Part shown: one piece after another, positions 1 through 12,136 of the stretch | Layout of the letters: every line of letters starts with the position of its first letter | Position numbering within the stretch: position 1 is the first letter of the stretch | Source of the DNA: Callorhinchus milii | Lineage: Eukaryota | NCBI RefSeq assembly: GCF_018977255.1 | Contig: NW_024704744.1 | Span: 20,832,001 to 20,896,000, forward strand | Length of the DNA stretch: 64,000 nt | Direction of reading: 5' to 3' | Position numbers and translations under genes: made by a program | The notes under the pieces: model-generated | Told to the model about the DNA's origin: nothing | Database searches by the model: none | What the model saw: only the letters and a program-made list of their open reading frames with translations

Positions 1-171
1 TGGCATCTCCTCAAAAGCCTAGTACAGTCATTAACAATAGCTCCTTCTGGCCAATTAAATTAACAGATCATTGCCTTTCTCAAGTTTACATTGTAAAGAG
101 AAAATCATGGATAAAATCCAGTTTGATACAACTGTTGACCTCTCCTAATGATTTTACTCTCTGCCCCCCCC

Positions 172-196
172 CACACACACACACACACACACACAC
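172..196. repeat. (CA)n microsatellite
   Basis: Direct reading. Confidence 0.95.
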
Positions 197-578
197 TCCT
201 CCAGCAAAATATATATCCATTGCTTTTTAAGATTGGTTGCTTCTCCCCATCATTGCTAAGTTATTTTCCTCCATTTATGTTCCCTGACTATTCCCAGACA
301 ATCAGACAGTGTTTCTATGAACTGGTTGGTAGGAGATTTATGAAAGTGGTGTCAGTGAGCTTGCTGTCATTTTTTTCCCCCTCTAATCTTGCTTATGGTT
401 GCTATCTCCCTCATTGACCTGTTTGAGATTTGAAGCTCAGTATATGAAATCACAGGCAAATATAATGCAGCATTTGGCCATGCTGTTCCCTTTTTTAAAA
501 AAAATGTGGGAGGGGTGGGGGGGTTGCGTGTGGAACTGGTGTCCTATTCAGGGAATGCCCTTCACTTGTCTGTGATGA

Positions 579-779
<201 letters not shown>

Positions 780-1664
780 TGATATGGTGGCATAACAGCT
801 ATTAATAGGTTATCAAAAGCATATGCAATGCGCATGGTAACTTAACTATTTCACTGAGGGTGAGTTTGATTTTTAAAAGATGACAACAACTTGCATTTAT
901 ATAACGCACTTCACGTGGGTCAGCGCTTCAGAGCACTTAACAGTAGCCGGGAAGGGGTGGGGGGATGACTGTAAGCACTGTCAAAGATCACAGATAAGTA
1001 TATTTTAATAGTTTTGAATGTAACAAAGTTAGTGTTGTAGCTGCACCATTAATATTTGTTTTCATTTTGAATATTTAAAATTGTTGAGACTTACCTCTTG
1101 GTCATAGTTTGAATATAAGCAGCATTTGTGAATTTGGAAAGTGTAAAATATCTATTTACTATCTATTACTTAACTACACCGTATTCCAACATTATACATG
1201 TTGAGTGGTTGTCTTGGTAAAAATTCTAATAGAACGATGTTCAAAATCATATTTTATTGATAATGGATTTGATGCACTTTGAGATGTCTGAACGATGTAA
1301 TAAGGTGCTATATCAAATGCAAGGATTATTCTCTCCATGATAACATATTAGTTTAAGTTCATAAAATTGCGTCCAGCCTTATAATGGGGCCTGATAGCTA
1401 GTCAGTGCTTCACATGATTGGTGATACCATTGTACAGAAAGCCAATACTGTGCAACATGCAGGAAGTCACATTGGCAGCAGCCTGACAACCTGGAAATCA
1501 TTGGAAGTGGGTCCCCAGGCACCTGTATTCTAAGCAAACCCACATACAACAAAAACAAAGCACATTATAACAGGGCTGAACTATATGCAGTGCTAGTCAA
1601 GATTACTGGACTGCACGAAGGTTGTGTACCATTATTAATTCACCATTGCACCTTTTCATCCTAG

Positions 1665-1810
1665 GCCCCACCGTTGTCCCACCTCAGTACTATGGAGTCC
1701 CATGGGGTGTGTATCCAGCCAACTTGTTCCAACAGCAAGCAGCTGCAGCAGCTGCAAGCAACTCCGCCAATCAGCAGGCTGCAAACCAGGCCCAGCAAGG
1801 GCAGCAACAA
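1665..1810 (+). CDS. pum2: PUM2 exon ([24 protein letters not shown]...QQGQQQ)
   Basis: tag acceptor ending 1664; gtatgt donor at 1811; phase 1/0. Confidence 0.95.
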
Positions 1811-2169
1811 GTATGTCATCTTTATGTTTAGTTACCAATTCATCCTCCGTAATAAAATGGCATCACTACATCTTTGTGTTTTCAGTAGATAGAGCTGTAT
1901 GTAAATAAAAAAAAGTTGAAAGGTATGGTATAAAGAAATCTACTAATTCTGATTTTTTTGGGAGACAATGTGTTTAGTATTGGATTTTTTTTAAAAAAAG
2001 GTTAAGACTTCCTTTTTTTTACAGATTTTATCTGGTGTAATTTTGATTTGATTAAAAGCTAGATCTACTCTACTTACCTATGTTGTTGTCAGTGTTTAAT
2101 ATGTTAGTAATGGCTGAAAACGTTTATGTGAAAATAAAATGTTGACTTTTATCTACTTTTGTTAAATAG

Positions 2170-2298
2170 GTTCTGCGTGGTGGCAATCAGCGTCCTCTCA
2201 CTCCAGGCCAGGGCCAGCAGGTCAACAAGCGGACTCACTAGCAGCTGCAGCCAATCCAGCTCTTGCTTTCAGCCAAGGTCTCGCTACAGGAGTGCCAG
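2170..2298 (+). CDS. pum2: PUM2 exon (VLRGGNQRPLTPGQGQQ / GQQADSLAAAANPALAFSQGLATGVP), apparent 1-nt deletion at 2220/2221
   Basis: tag acceptor ending 2169; gtactg donor at 2299; PUM2 homology continues in a shifted frame after 2220; length is 129 where 3n+1 is required. Confidence 0.88.
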
Positions 2299-2700
2299 GT
2301 ACTGTATATCCATTTGTGTGTAGGCAATTAGAGTTGAGGATATTGCAGCATCTGCTGACCTCACAATATATCCCTGGTGTAAGTTTCTCACTTTCCATAA
2401 AGGAAATGCCTCATTCTCTCAATGCCATATAACCTATCTTATTTTGCCCTTTTTAACTTGTTAATTTTCATTTTAGTTGCCCTCCACTGCAGGTATAACT
2501 GTTCATTATTTTTCGTTCCTTGCATCTTTTTAAGTTGTTTCTGCAAGAGCGTTAAGTTAATTTTGACCCCTCCCTACCCCCAATTCAGGCTCTATGATAT
2601 TACTATATTTCACCTTTGCATGGTAGCATACATCCATTCCGCACAGAAATAAATTGACTTAATTTTTCTTATTTTAATCTCGATTCACTCCTATGGTTTT

Positions 2701-3215
2701 AGAAACATAGAAATCTACAGTGCAAAAGGAGGCCATTCAGCCCATCAAGCCTGCACCGGCTCACGTAGCAAGGAGATCACTTCAGTCCCACTGCCTCACC
2801 TTAATCTCCATACCCCTTCAAGCCCCACTCTTACATATGCCTGTCTACTTCCCTCTTGAAAGCTACAATGGACTCCACATCCACCACACTACTCGGCAGG
2901 ACGTTCCAAATACCAACTACTCTGGGTGAAAAAATTCCACCCAAGTTCTCCTTCTGCTCTTCTTGTGGCTGTCTTATAACAATGTCCCTAGTTACTGATT
3001 CCCCTATCAATGGAAATAACTTCTCTCTATTTACCCGAACAAAACCCCTCATGATTTTGTATATCTCAATCAGCTCCCCCCCTCTACCTTCTCTGCTCCA
3101 AAGAAAACAGGCCCAGCCTCTCCATTCTCAAGATGCACAAACATCTTTCCTGAAGTGAGGTGCCCAAAACTCAACAAAACTCTAGTTCCAGCCTGACCAA
3201 TGATTTATGCAAACT
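2701..3215 (-). mobile_element. CR1-type LINE 3' fragment
   Basis: Minus-strand peptide REKLFPL...FSPRVVGIWNVLPSSVVDVESIVAFKREVDRHM resembles the CR1 ORF2 C-terminus; 3' end TTTCTATGTTTCT on the minus strand. Confidence 0.85.
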
Positions 3216-4019
3216 TAGCATCATTCCTTTTCTTGTAGTTGAAATGTTGGTTCATCTTCAATTTTGCACAATTTCTTGATTTCTGTATCAAATCAGCTAT
3301 ATGGTCATCATTGAAATTTGAGTGTTCTGTGGGCTGACAAAGTACACCAAATATATCATCTGCCCTAGATTTATTTTTCATCCTCTAGGCAATACTGATT
3401 ACCTTCTGTGAAAATTGTTTGTACTTACAACTGTCTCTTGTGGTTTTCCATGCTGTTTCTACTTTACCACTGGGATATTACAATGCTTATCATGCAGATT
3501 TCCTGCCACCTTTTACTTGTACAATTCTCTACGTATTCATCTTGATTTGGTGGTAGTTGTCAAGTACAATTTTGTTGGCCGTATCATTACTAATTTTCAC
3601 CCAGATTTCATGTTTTATTTCCCCTTTGCTGTGATATTGTTGGTAATGCTACTCCTTTACTTCACTTAATATCAACTACCCATGGAAACTTTGCTCAGTG
3701 CAACTTTTCGGAGTGGCATTCCTGCTGGTTGGCATCACATAGTTCTGGTTAACGCAAATGGTCTTCTGGGAGATTCCTTATTAAGGGGTCCAATGCAAAA
3801 TGAACTTGGGTTTGTGATACCAGCAAACAAAAAAACAGCTGGACACTATGCTTGGTGTTACTGGCCAATAATTTATCTGCAGCATAACTAAACCAGCAGC
3901 ACAAAGAAATATTATCAAGCTACGGTATAGGGGTTGGAAACTGAGAGAAAGTCAGGGATAAAGAGAAAGTTAGAGCCGGAGCTAGAGAGAGTCAGCCTTG
4001 TGAGTGTTCACAGGCAAGT

Positions 4020-4311
4020 CAACCATTAGGGAATATCACAGCCAAGCCCAATCCTGTCCTCATAAAACATTCACCCATGCACGCTTTCCAGGAATCGTTG
4101 GATAGCGATCAGGAGTGAGATGCCTGGCTGATTTTCTTTTCTCTCTTTTCCCCCTCTAGCTCAGGGGTGCTGAGACCAATTGCAAAATCCCTACTGTTGC
4201 CCTGGCTGCTTTCAGCTAATTCAGCGCAGATTGGGAATCAACCGTGGGACCATCTTTGACTGTATGATTCAGTTCTGCTTTGAACAGCTTGTCAATTGAA
4301 CTATCAGAGGG
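4020..4311 (-). mobile_element. Old tRNA-derived SINE-like repeat, family not assigned
   Basis: Minus strand begins CCCCTCTGATAGTTCAATTG with a degenerate B-box-like GGTTGATTCCC; recognised only by resemblance. Confidence 0.45.
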
Positions 4312-4513
4312 GTGTACTTGTTCCTTAAGTGTAAAAGTTACTATCCATGTACAACTTTAGTCATCATAGTTAGCTTAAAGTTACACCTTTTTTTTCTCTT
4401 TCTTTCTCTTGTTGTCTCGCTCTCCCCTCCCACCCTCCCAAGCATAAGCTTTAAGCAAACTATGACGGTCTGAGAAATAAGCAATTTAACTGCAGCTTTT
4501 CTATTTTATGTAG

Positions 4514-4657
4514 GTTATCAAGTTCTAGCCCCAGCTGCCTATTATGATCAAAATGGTACCTTGGTAGTGGGACCTGGAGGAAGGGCTGGACTGGGGACAC
4601 CAGTTCGGCTAGTGGCTTCAACACCTGTTCTCATCAGTCCTGCCGCAGCACAGGCTG
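4514..4657 (+). CDS. pum2: PUM2 exon ([47 protein letters not shown])
   Basis: tag acceptor; gtaagt donor; 144 nt, phase 1/1; absent from the ORF track. Confidence 0.95.
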
Positions 4658-5070
4658 GTAAGTTCAAACTTATTACTGCATACAAATACAATAATTTTGA
4701 TATACAAGATGCCTCTACATACGAATAGTATGTTGCACTTCTTCATGCCTTCACTTTTTTTTACAGTAATTTGTCTTATTCCTTCATTGAGGCTTTTCTT
4801 GATTATTTTCCGGTAATACTCAAAAAGGTTGTATCGGTCTAGATATATTTTGCATTGATTCAGTCTTATGGTTTCAATACATGTCTACTTATGCTTTGTA
4901 AAATCCTTTGGAAGCAAGCATTTTGAATGCTGGTCTTTAATTCTTCTCATTGGAGCATTGCAAGCATGTTGCCGTAATAAGACCTAGTTACCAAAGGGGG
5001 AAATATCTTAGATGTTTTTAACAGCCTTTGCAGCTACACTTCCTATCTCTCCCACCCCCACACACACACA

Positions 5071-5658
5071 CAACAAATTACACTTGTATAGCACCCTTCA
5101 TGTCGGAAAGACGTCCCAGGGCGCTGGAAAGTCAGGGTTTTCTGCACCTGAGCTGGGGTTTGGGGTCAGGAGGGCAGGGAGTGATGGGGATGGGATGGTG
5201 GCTAAAGGCACGGCCGAAGAGGAAGGTCTTTAGTTGGTATGTGAAGGAGGCAAGAGATGGGGCAAGGCGGAGGGATTGTGGGTTAGAGTTCCAGAGTGTG
5301 GGCGCAGAGATGCTGAATGCCCGACTGCCAATGGTGGGGTGCGGAGTGTGGGAGAACCTGAAGCAGGCCGGTGTCCGTTGAGCGGACAGTCTCATGGGGT
5401 TAATAAGTCAGAGAGGTAGAGGGGGAGCAAGACCGTGGAGGGCTTTGAAGGTGAGAACAAGGGTTTTATAATCGGTTCTCATGAGGGATGGGGAGCCAGT
5501 GAAGTTGTGCAAGAATCTGGGTGATTGGTTTGCAGACCTTGGTGCCGGAGAGGACATGAGCTGCAGAATTCTGACTAATCTACAGTTTGTGGAGGGAAGA
5601 ATTGGGAAGTTCAGCGAGTAGGCAGTTGGCGTAGTCAAGCCGGGACGTGATGAAAGCC
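5071..5658 (-). mobile_element. L2 LINE 3' fragment
   Basis: Minus-strand peptides DYKTLVLTFKALHGLAP and GSRAFSISAPTLWNS...LKTFLF; L2 tail. Confidence 0.9.
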
Positions 5659-6800
5659 TGCATCTCACACATGCACACATTATTTTCCTAATTAATATAT
5701 TACCAGTCACAGGTTTCACATCTGGCAGCCATGGCACAAAGGTTTGATTGTTTTTATTGGTGTGTATCTGTGCATGTATATTAGTTCTCCTTTAAAGATT
5801 TTTGTTTCCTCCTTTTTCCTATCCCTCTACCTCTCCAGGTTTTCCTTTAGAATGGCTTCAATTTGAAGAGTAGCTTTAAGTGTCCCCTCTCTTTATAAAT
5901 CTTGAGGGTCATTCTTGATGAAATGCAGTCTCCGTTATTGCAGCATGTCTTGATTTCCAGCACTATTAACCTATTTTTCTGAAAATCCCTGCGACAGTAG
6001 TTTAAGAATTTGCTGGCTTTTGAAAACTGTTTAAGTATAAACAGTATAAATTCTACTTCCATGTGAAAGTTGTGAAATATCTCTAGTGTTCTAGATTTGG
6101 CATTTTGGCATATATCTTTGCCTTTCTGTTGAGTGGTGTTCCTGGTCTTCAGATCCTGCCACAATCTTGCCCCACCTTACATATGCAATCTTCTTCCGCC
6201 CTTCATTATTTCAACCTGTGCTTTCAGCTCTTCTGACTCTGGTCTATTGCTTGCTCCACACTCTTTACTCCATTACTCCATAAATCCTATTAAATAGGAT
6301 CAGAATCTGATTGCGTGCAAGGTGTTCTTTCGAATTCCTGTCTGCTTCTAATTGTAAAAATTCTCACATGGAGAACATACATGTTTATTAGTTCAGTCAA
6401 GAGTGTCAATGAACTTGAGGTTGTACATTTTTAAATGTTTGTTCTTTCACCTTGGATGAACATAGAACTATTACACTGCATTTATAATGTCTCTCCATGT
6501 GGGCTATTTGCCCCTTTTCAAGAAACTGGCAATCTATTTTGTCATGCACTTTAAATTGGGTAATCCAGTTTCATTGTGTGGATCTCTTTTATGTTGATGG
6601 GAACAAGACTATTCTTAAAACACTATTTATGTAGGATGTGTGTTCAGGTGGGGAAATGATGGGGGCTTTAGTCCTTTTAGTCATCAAATTAGGTTTGCAT
6701 CGGTGGCTGTTTCAGTAACGTATGGAAATTGGATTTTTTTAAAAAAAATTATGCCACTGATTTTTTTAACTTAAATATTTGGTATTGTCCTATTCAACAG

Positions 6801-7085
6801 CTGCAGCAGCTTCAGCTAATGGAACAGCAAACAGCTTAGGGACAGCAAATGGCCTTTTCCGTCCAATGGGAACTCAGCAACAGCAGCAGCAGCAACAACA
6901 GCAGCAAAACAACAACCTACAGTCGAACTCATTTTATGGCGGAAACTCACTGTCAAATAATTCCCAGAGTAGTTCTTTGTTCTCTCATGGGCAAGGGCAG
7001 CCAGGCAACACCTCACTTGGCTTTGGAAACAGCAACTCATTGGGTGCTGCTATTGGTTCAGCACTTGGAGGATTTGGATCGGCAG
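6801..7085 (+). CDS. pum2: PUM2 exon, Q/S/N-rich, with an 11-Gln tract at 6875-6907
   Basis: cag acceptor ending 6800; gtaaat donor at 7086; 285 nt; matches PUM2 NGLFRP...SNSFYG...LGAAIGSAL. Confidence 0.93.
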
Positions 7086-8569
7086 GTAAATCAATCTCAT
7101 TTGGAGTTGGCCTCTCTCCATCTTGCCCGATTTAGCTTTTGTTTCTCCTCTGATTTTAGTTAGTCAAACAGGTTGTGAGAATAGCATACGTTTAGTTCCA
7201 TTGTGATCTAGAGGGCAAGCTAGAGCAAAAATAACCACAGTTAATGGAATGGTTAGAGGGGATAAATGTATACAACAATCCTTTATTACCTAACTGGAAA
7301 TACAATTGTAATGTGGAAAGCGTACATTGCCATTCCTTTTAAGAAAATGAGAATTTTTTTCCAGCTGTACTGAAGAAAAACACCTACCGTTACAAATATT
7401 TGAAGTGGCCAAGGACCTCTCCTTCAGCTGCCTGCACAGTTATAAAAACAATGTAGAAATTAGTTCAAACTTTGGTGCCTTTTTTTTAAAGTATTGGCGT
7501 AGGAAATGCATGTACTAATAAAATAATAAATCTTGTAGTTGATATAATGCCTTATCACTTTGTTGAGATGTCTCAAAGTGCTTCACAGAATATAATGTGA
7601 AGTCAATTGGCATGCTATGTCAATTTATGAAAGAGAGAGCAGGGTCCTATAGGCCTAGAAACATCTCCTGACAATTACAAAGCCACTAAACTTGATTTGT
7701 TAGCAGGCCCAGTGCTACTAAGAAATCTAATTCATTGATTGATGATGGTATACTGAAGTTACCATCTTCACAAGTGCAGGCTTGGGCCTAGTTGTAACAT
7801 TTCCTCATTTGAAATGATGTAATACTGATTGTTTCTGGTATCCAAATTTACATGGGAGCTTCAGCTGGTGACATCCATCGACTACCCTTCTCCTACAAAT
7901 GGCAGAAGCAGATGCCTTTTTAGGATCCAGACACTCGTCAGATATCTCTACCTATTTAATAGATTTTGTCCAAATGGATTCAATAATAGGCCTGCAAATC
8001 TGAAATCCATGTCAGTGCTTGCAGTGACGATTCCTTGTCCATTTTTAATTTGTTCATGCACAAATTAATTGGGTGTTAGATATTCTGAGAAATTCTACTT
8101 CGGTGCAATTCTGTTAACATTTGTGGGGAATTGCAATCAATATAATTAACTAATGGAGTATTCTTTGAAAAGCTTATTTTATGCCTGAAAGCATACTGTC
8201 ACATGTGACTATCACACATACAGTATTTTAAAGTACAAATCAACATTTACTTTTGAATTTTCTCTCAAAAATCTAGTTCTCTGGAAAACATGTTTTCATT
8301 TACAGTCCCAATAGTTTGCATAGGTTTGTGGAATGTAACATTTTGCATTACATTCCAAGGCAACAAAACCGCTTACTGCATAAGGTAGAAATTCAAATAT
8401 TATAGGAATTTACAGTGTTGAAAGCTTGCTTGAATGAGTTTTTAAATGTTCCTCTGCAGTTGGAAAAAGCATTAATCTAAATTTTAGTACTAAATCATTG
8501 GTTAAAAAGTTATTCAAATATTAAATCGAACAGCATTTTCAATACCCATTTTGAAATCCTGTTTTACAG

Positions 8570-8806
8570 TTGGCAACTCTGGAAATGCTGGTATATCCAG
8601 GAGGGACTCGTTGTCTGCTAGCTCTGATCTGTACAAGCGATCAAGTAACAGTTTGGCTCCTATAGGACAGCAGTTCTACAGTGGCCTGGGGTTCTCTTCT
8701 TCCCCTGGTCCAATTGGCATGCCTCTCCCTAGTCAGACTGCTAGTCACTCTCTGACACCACCTCCATCTCTCTCCTCGCATGGGTCTTCGTCCAGCCTTC
8801 ATCTTG
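8570..8806 (+). CDS. pum2: PUM2 exon, 79 codons, Ser-rich ([16 protein letters not shown]...[20 protein letters not shown])
   Basis: cag acceptor; gtaggt donor; symmetric 237 nt, so skippable in frame. Confidence 0.95.
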
Positions 8807-9440
8807 GTAGGTTTGCTATTTTGTGCATTAATACTTGTTTAAAATCTTAATATTCAGGACTTCAGCTCATAAGTAAAGAGTAGGTTTACATTGATGCAAA
8901 GTCTTGTGTGTTTTCATTTGTAGAGTTTTGACAGGAGTCAGAATCTCATGCAGTGGGTAGTGAATTTTATAAACTGGAAATGATAGTCTAGGTTTTGCAG
9001 TAATGTACCTAACATTGATGGATATAGTAATCACTGGTGACTTAATATGTTAATTAACTGTGTTGCTCCAGTGGAGGAGCTTAGCACCAGCGCAGGCACA
9101 GGGGTCCAATGGCCACTTTCTGTTTTTATCACATCAATGATTTTGAAACATTCCATACGAACCTGTATGGTTTTTAGAATTGACTTGTACATGGGTTTAT
9201 GCTCATTTGAATCCAGAAGTAATCTGCATACATTCAAGGAAAATTGCCGGAGTGGAGTATTAGAAAGGCAACTTACAAAACTGCATTTTTCCTGTTTGAA
9301 TTTTGTCTGAATAACATACACATAATTTACATTTTGACAAATATACTGTTACTAAATGAAAGGAAAGGTTTTGAAGTGCTGTTACTAAGTACATCAAACT
9401 ATTGTAATCTTGAGCACACATGTATTTACATTAGTACGCT

Positions 9441-10196
9441 AGACTACGGCCAGACTACGGCACTACCTCACCCCTCGCCAGACTACGGCACTACCTCACC
9501 CCTCACGCTGCTGAAACTCTGGTCCACGCCTTTGTCACCTCAAGGCTGGACTATGGGAACTCTCCTCGCCGGCCTTCCCGCCACCTCCCTCCACAAGCTG
9601 CAGGTCATTCAGAACTCTGCAGCTCGTGTACTGTCCCGCACCAGGCTTCGCGACCACATCACTCCCACCCTCGCTCACCTCCACTGGCTCCCCATCCCCC
9701 AGAGGATTGATTTCAAGATCCTCATCCTCACCTACAAGGCCATTCACGGCCTTGCTCCCTCCTACCTCTCCAACCTACTATCCCCCTACCTACCTGCCCG
9801 TACCCTCCGTTCCTCTGGCTCTGGTCTGCTTCACGTCCCCGCCCCAACCGCCCTACCATCGGTGGTCGGGCCTTCAGCCTCTCAGCCCCGAGGCTCTGGA
9901 ACTCCATCCCCAGTGCCTTCACCTTTCCTCCTCCCTTTCCTCCTTCAAGGCCGGTCTCAAAACCTTTCTCTTTGACCGTGCCTTCAGCTCCCCTCTCGAC
10001 TCTCTTCCCCTCCTCGCTCCCTCCCTTCCCTCCCCTCACCCTGACCATTTCCCCCTCCTCGCTCCCTCCCTTCCCTCACCCTGACCATTTCCCCCCTGCT
10101 CGGGTCATGACCCAACTGTGCAGCGCCTTGGGACGTCCTCCTGACGTGAAAGGCGCTTTATAAATGGAATCTTGTTGTTGTTGTTGTTGTTGTTGT
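9441..10196 (+). mobile_element. L2 LINE 3' fragment, young
   Basis: LQVIQNSAARVL...HITPTLAHLHWLPIPQRIDFKILILTYKAIHGLAPSYL; (TTG)n tail. Confidence 0.95.
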
Positions 10197-10390
10197 AGTA
10201 CAATTTTAACTGTTTTGAGTTTTTAGAAAAAGATAAGGTAATTGAAGAAGAGCCGGTTTTGGATGTAAACCGTGAGCTATTGTACAGAAGAATTATTGAA
10301 CTTTTATGTTCAGTACAGTGTGCGTTGATGGGGTTCTCCTCTTCCCCTGGTCCAATTGGCATGTGTTGATATTGTGTGTTACCAATATAG

Positions 10391-10658
10391 GTGGACTGAC
10401 AAATGGTAGTGGGCGATTCATCTCTGCGGCACCAGGAGCTGAAGCTAAAAATCGCAATGGGATTAATTCATCGAGTTTGTTCAGCTCCAGCAGCCAGCTC
10501 TTTCCTCCATCTCGCCTTCGTTACAGCAGGTCTGACATTATGCCTTCGGGCCGAAGCAGGCTGCTTGAAGACTTCAGAAACAATCGTTTCCCCAATCTTC
10601 AGCTCCGCGATCTGGTTGGTCACATTGTGGAGTTCTCCCAGGACCAGCATGGTTCTAG
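10391..10658 (+). CDS. pum2: PUM2 exon, start of PUM-HD ([37 protein letters not shown])
   Basis: tag acceptor; gtaggt donor; phase 1/2. Confidence 0.97.
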
Positions 10659-11173
10659 GTAGGTTGGTATGTTCTCATGGTTCATTCAAGTTGTATAATA
10701 ACAACTTGCATTTCACGCAGGTCAGTGTCTCGGATCACTTAATATTGATATAGTGACATCCAGTTTAGCGCTATCTCACCTCTAAGCTGGAACGGTGGTA
10801 CACCTGGCGTTCAGCATTAAAAATGATCCAATTCTGGGCCATATTCTCAGTGCTAATAGCATTAGAAATGAAGCAGAGACTTGGAATGTGGCACTGCCCA
10901 CAGGTCATCGTAATTAGTTTCAGATTGGACTATATTTCAGATCACCTACAATAACATTAATGTCTAAAACCACATGATTAGGGTATTATGAAACGCCCTG
11001 TAGAGGAGGATTTTTTAGCTGACATAGAATCGGCATTGCTCGGTGATGCATGTCAAAGTTACGGTAATGTAGACTTGTGCACCACACATTTTGAGCAAAT
11101 AACTAAATTATTTAGGTTGCTTACTTGTGAAAGTAACTGCCATTGTGATTTATTGTATTTTTTTAACCAACAG

Positions 11174-11303
11174 ATTTATCCAACAGAAGTTGGAACGTGC
11201 TACACCTGCAGAACGGCAGATGGTTTTCAGTGAGATCCTACAAGCAGCGTACCAACTGATGACTGATGTGTTTGGAAATTATGTAATTCAGAAATTCTTT
11301 GAG
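11174..11303 (+). CDS. pum2: PUM2 PUM-HD exon ([43 protein letters not shown])
   Basis: cag acceptor, gtaact donor; phase 2/0. Confidence 0.97.
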
Positions 11304-11726
11304 GTAACTGTATTTTTATGAAGTATTTCATTTGAAAATTATCTCGAGTGTTATCTTAACTTATTCTGAGTACCTTTTCAGCTCTTTCTATTGGTTTTAT
11401 TAGAGTAGCAGGAAGGATCCTTGAATGTAGGCTTAAGGGCTGATTAACATTGCAGTGACTCATCATTGATGAGTTACACCATTGCTTACACACAAATTAA
11501 TGCTGCCACTTTCTGAAATTCTACAATATAAAAACATTGAAAAAGGTTAAAGATTAGACAAAAGCACATTTGTAGTTGTGCGTGTTTTCTGATGTTTTAA
11601 AACCAATAAATACCGGGGACTGTGGTAAGGAGGAAGTTAGAGGTATTGCAAACTTTATAAACTATTTGGCTAATGTTTGGAATTTTAGTTCGATTTTGAA
11701 TCATGAATTTATTTTAATCTTTTCAG

Positions 11727-11861
11727 TTTGGAAGCTTGGATCAGAAACTAGCCTTAGCTCAACGTATTCGTGGCCATGTTTTACCCTTGGCCCTTCAGAT
11801 GTATGGCTGTCGTGTTATTCAGAAGGCACTGGAGTCCATATCAGCAGACCAGCAGGTAATT
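11727..11861 (+). CDS. pum2: PUM2 PUM-HD exon ([43 protein letters not shown][VI]); alternative donors after 11855 and 11861
   Basis: cag acceptor ending 11726; tandem donors CAG|GTAATT|GTAAGT. Confidence 0.96.
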
Positions 11862-11974
11862 GTAAGTTTGAGCTTTTTTATATATAAATGAACCTATTCT
11901 AAAATTATAAGATTCTATTGGCTATTAATTTAGTAATATTTTTCTTCTGAGTGAAGTAGTATCATTTAGTTTGA

Positions 11975-12136
<162 letters not shown>

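Noticed and set aside
2220-2226. Alternative donor CAG|GTCAAC rescuing the pum2 frameshift
   Set aside because: It is a weak donor in phase 0, while the next exon needs phase 1; PUM2 homology also continues to 2298.
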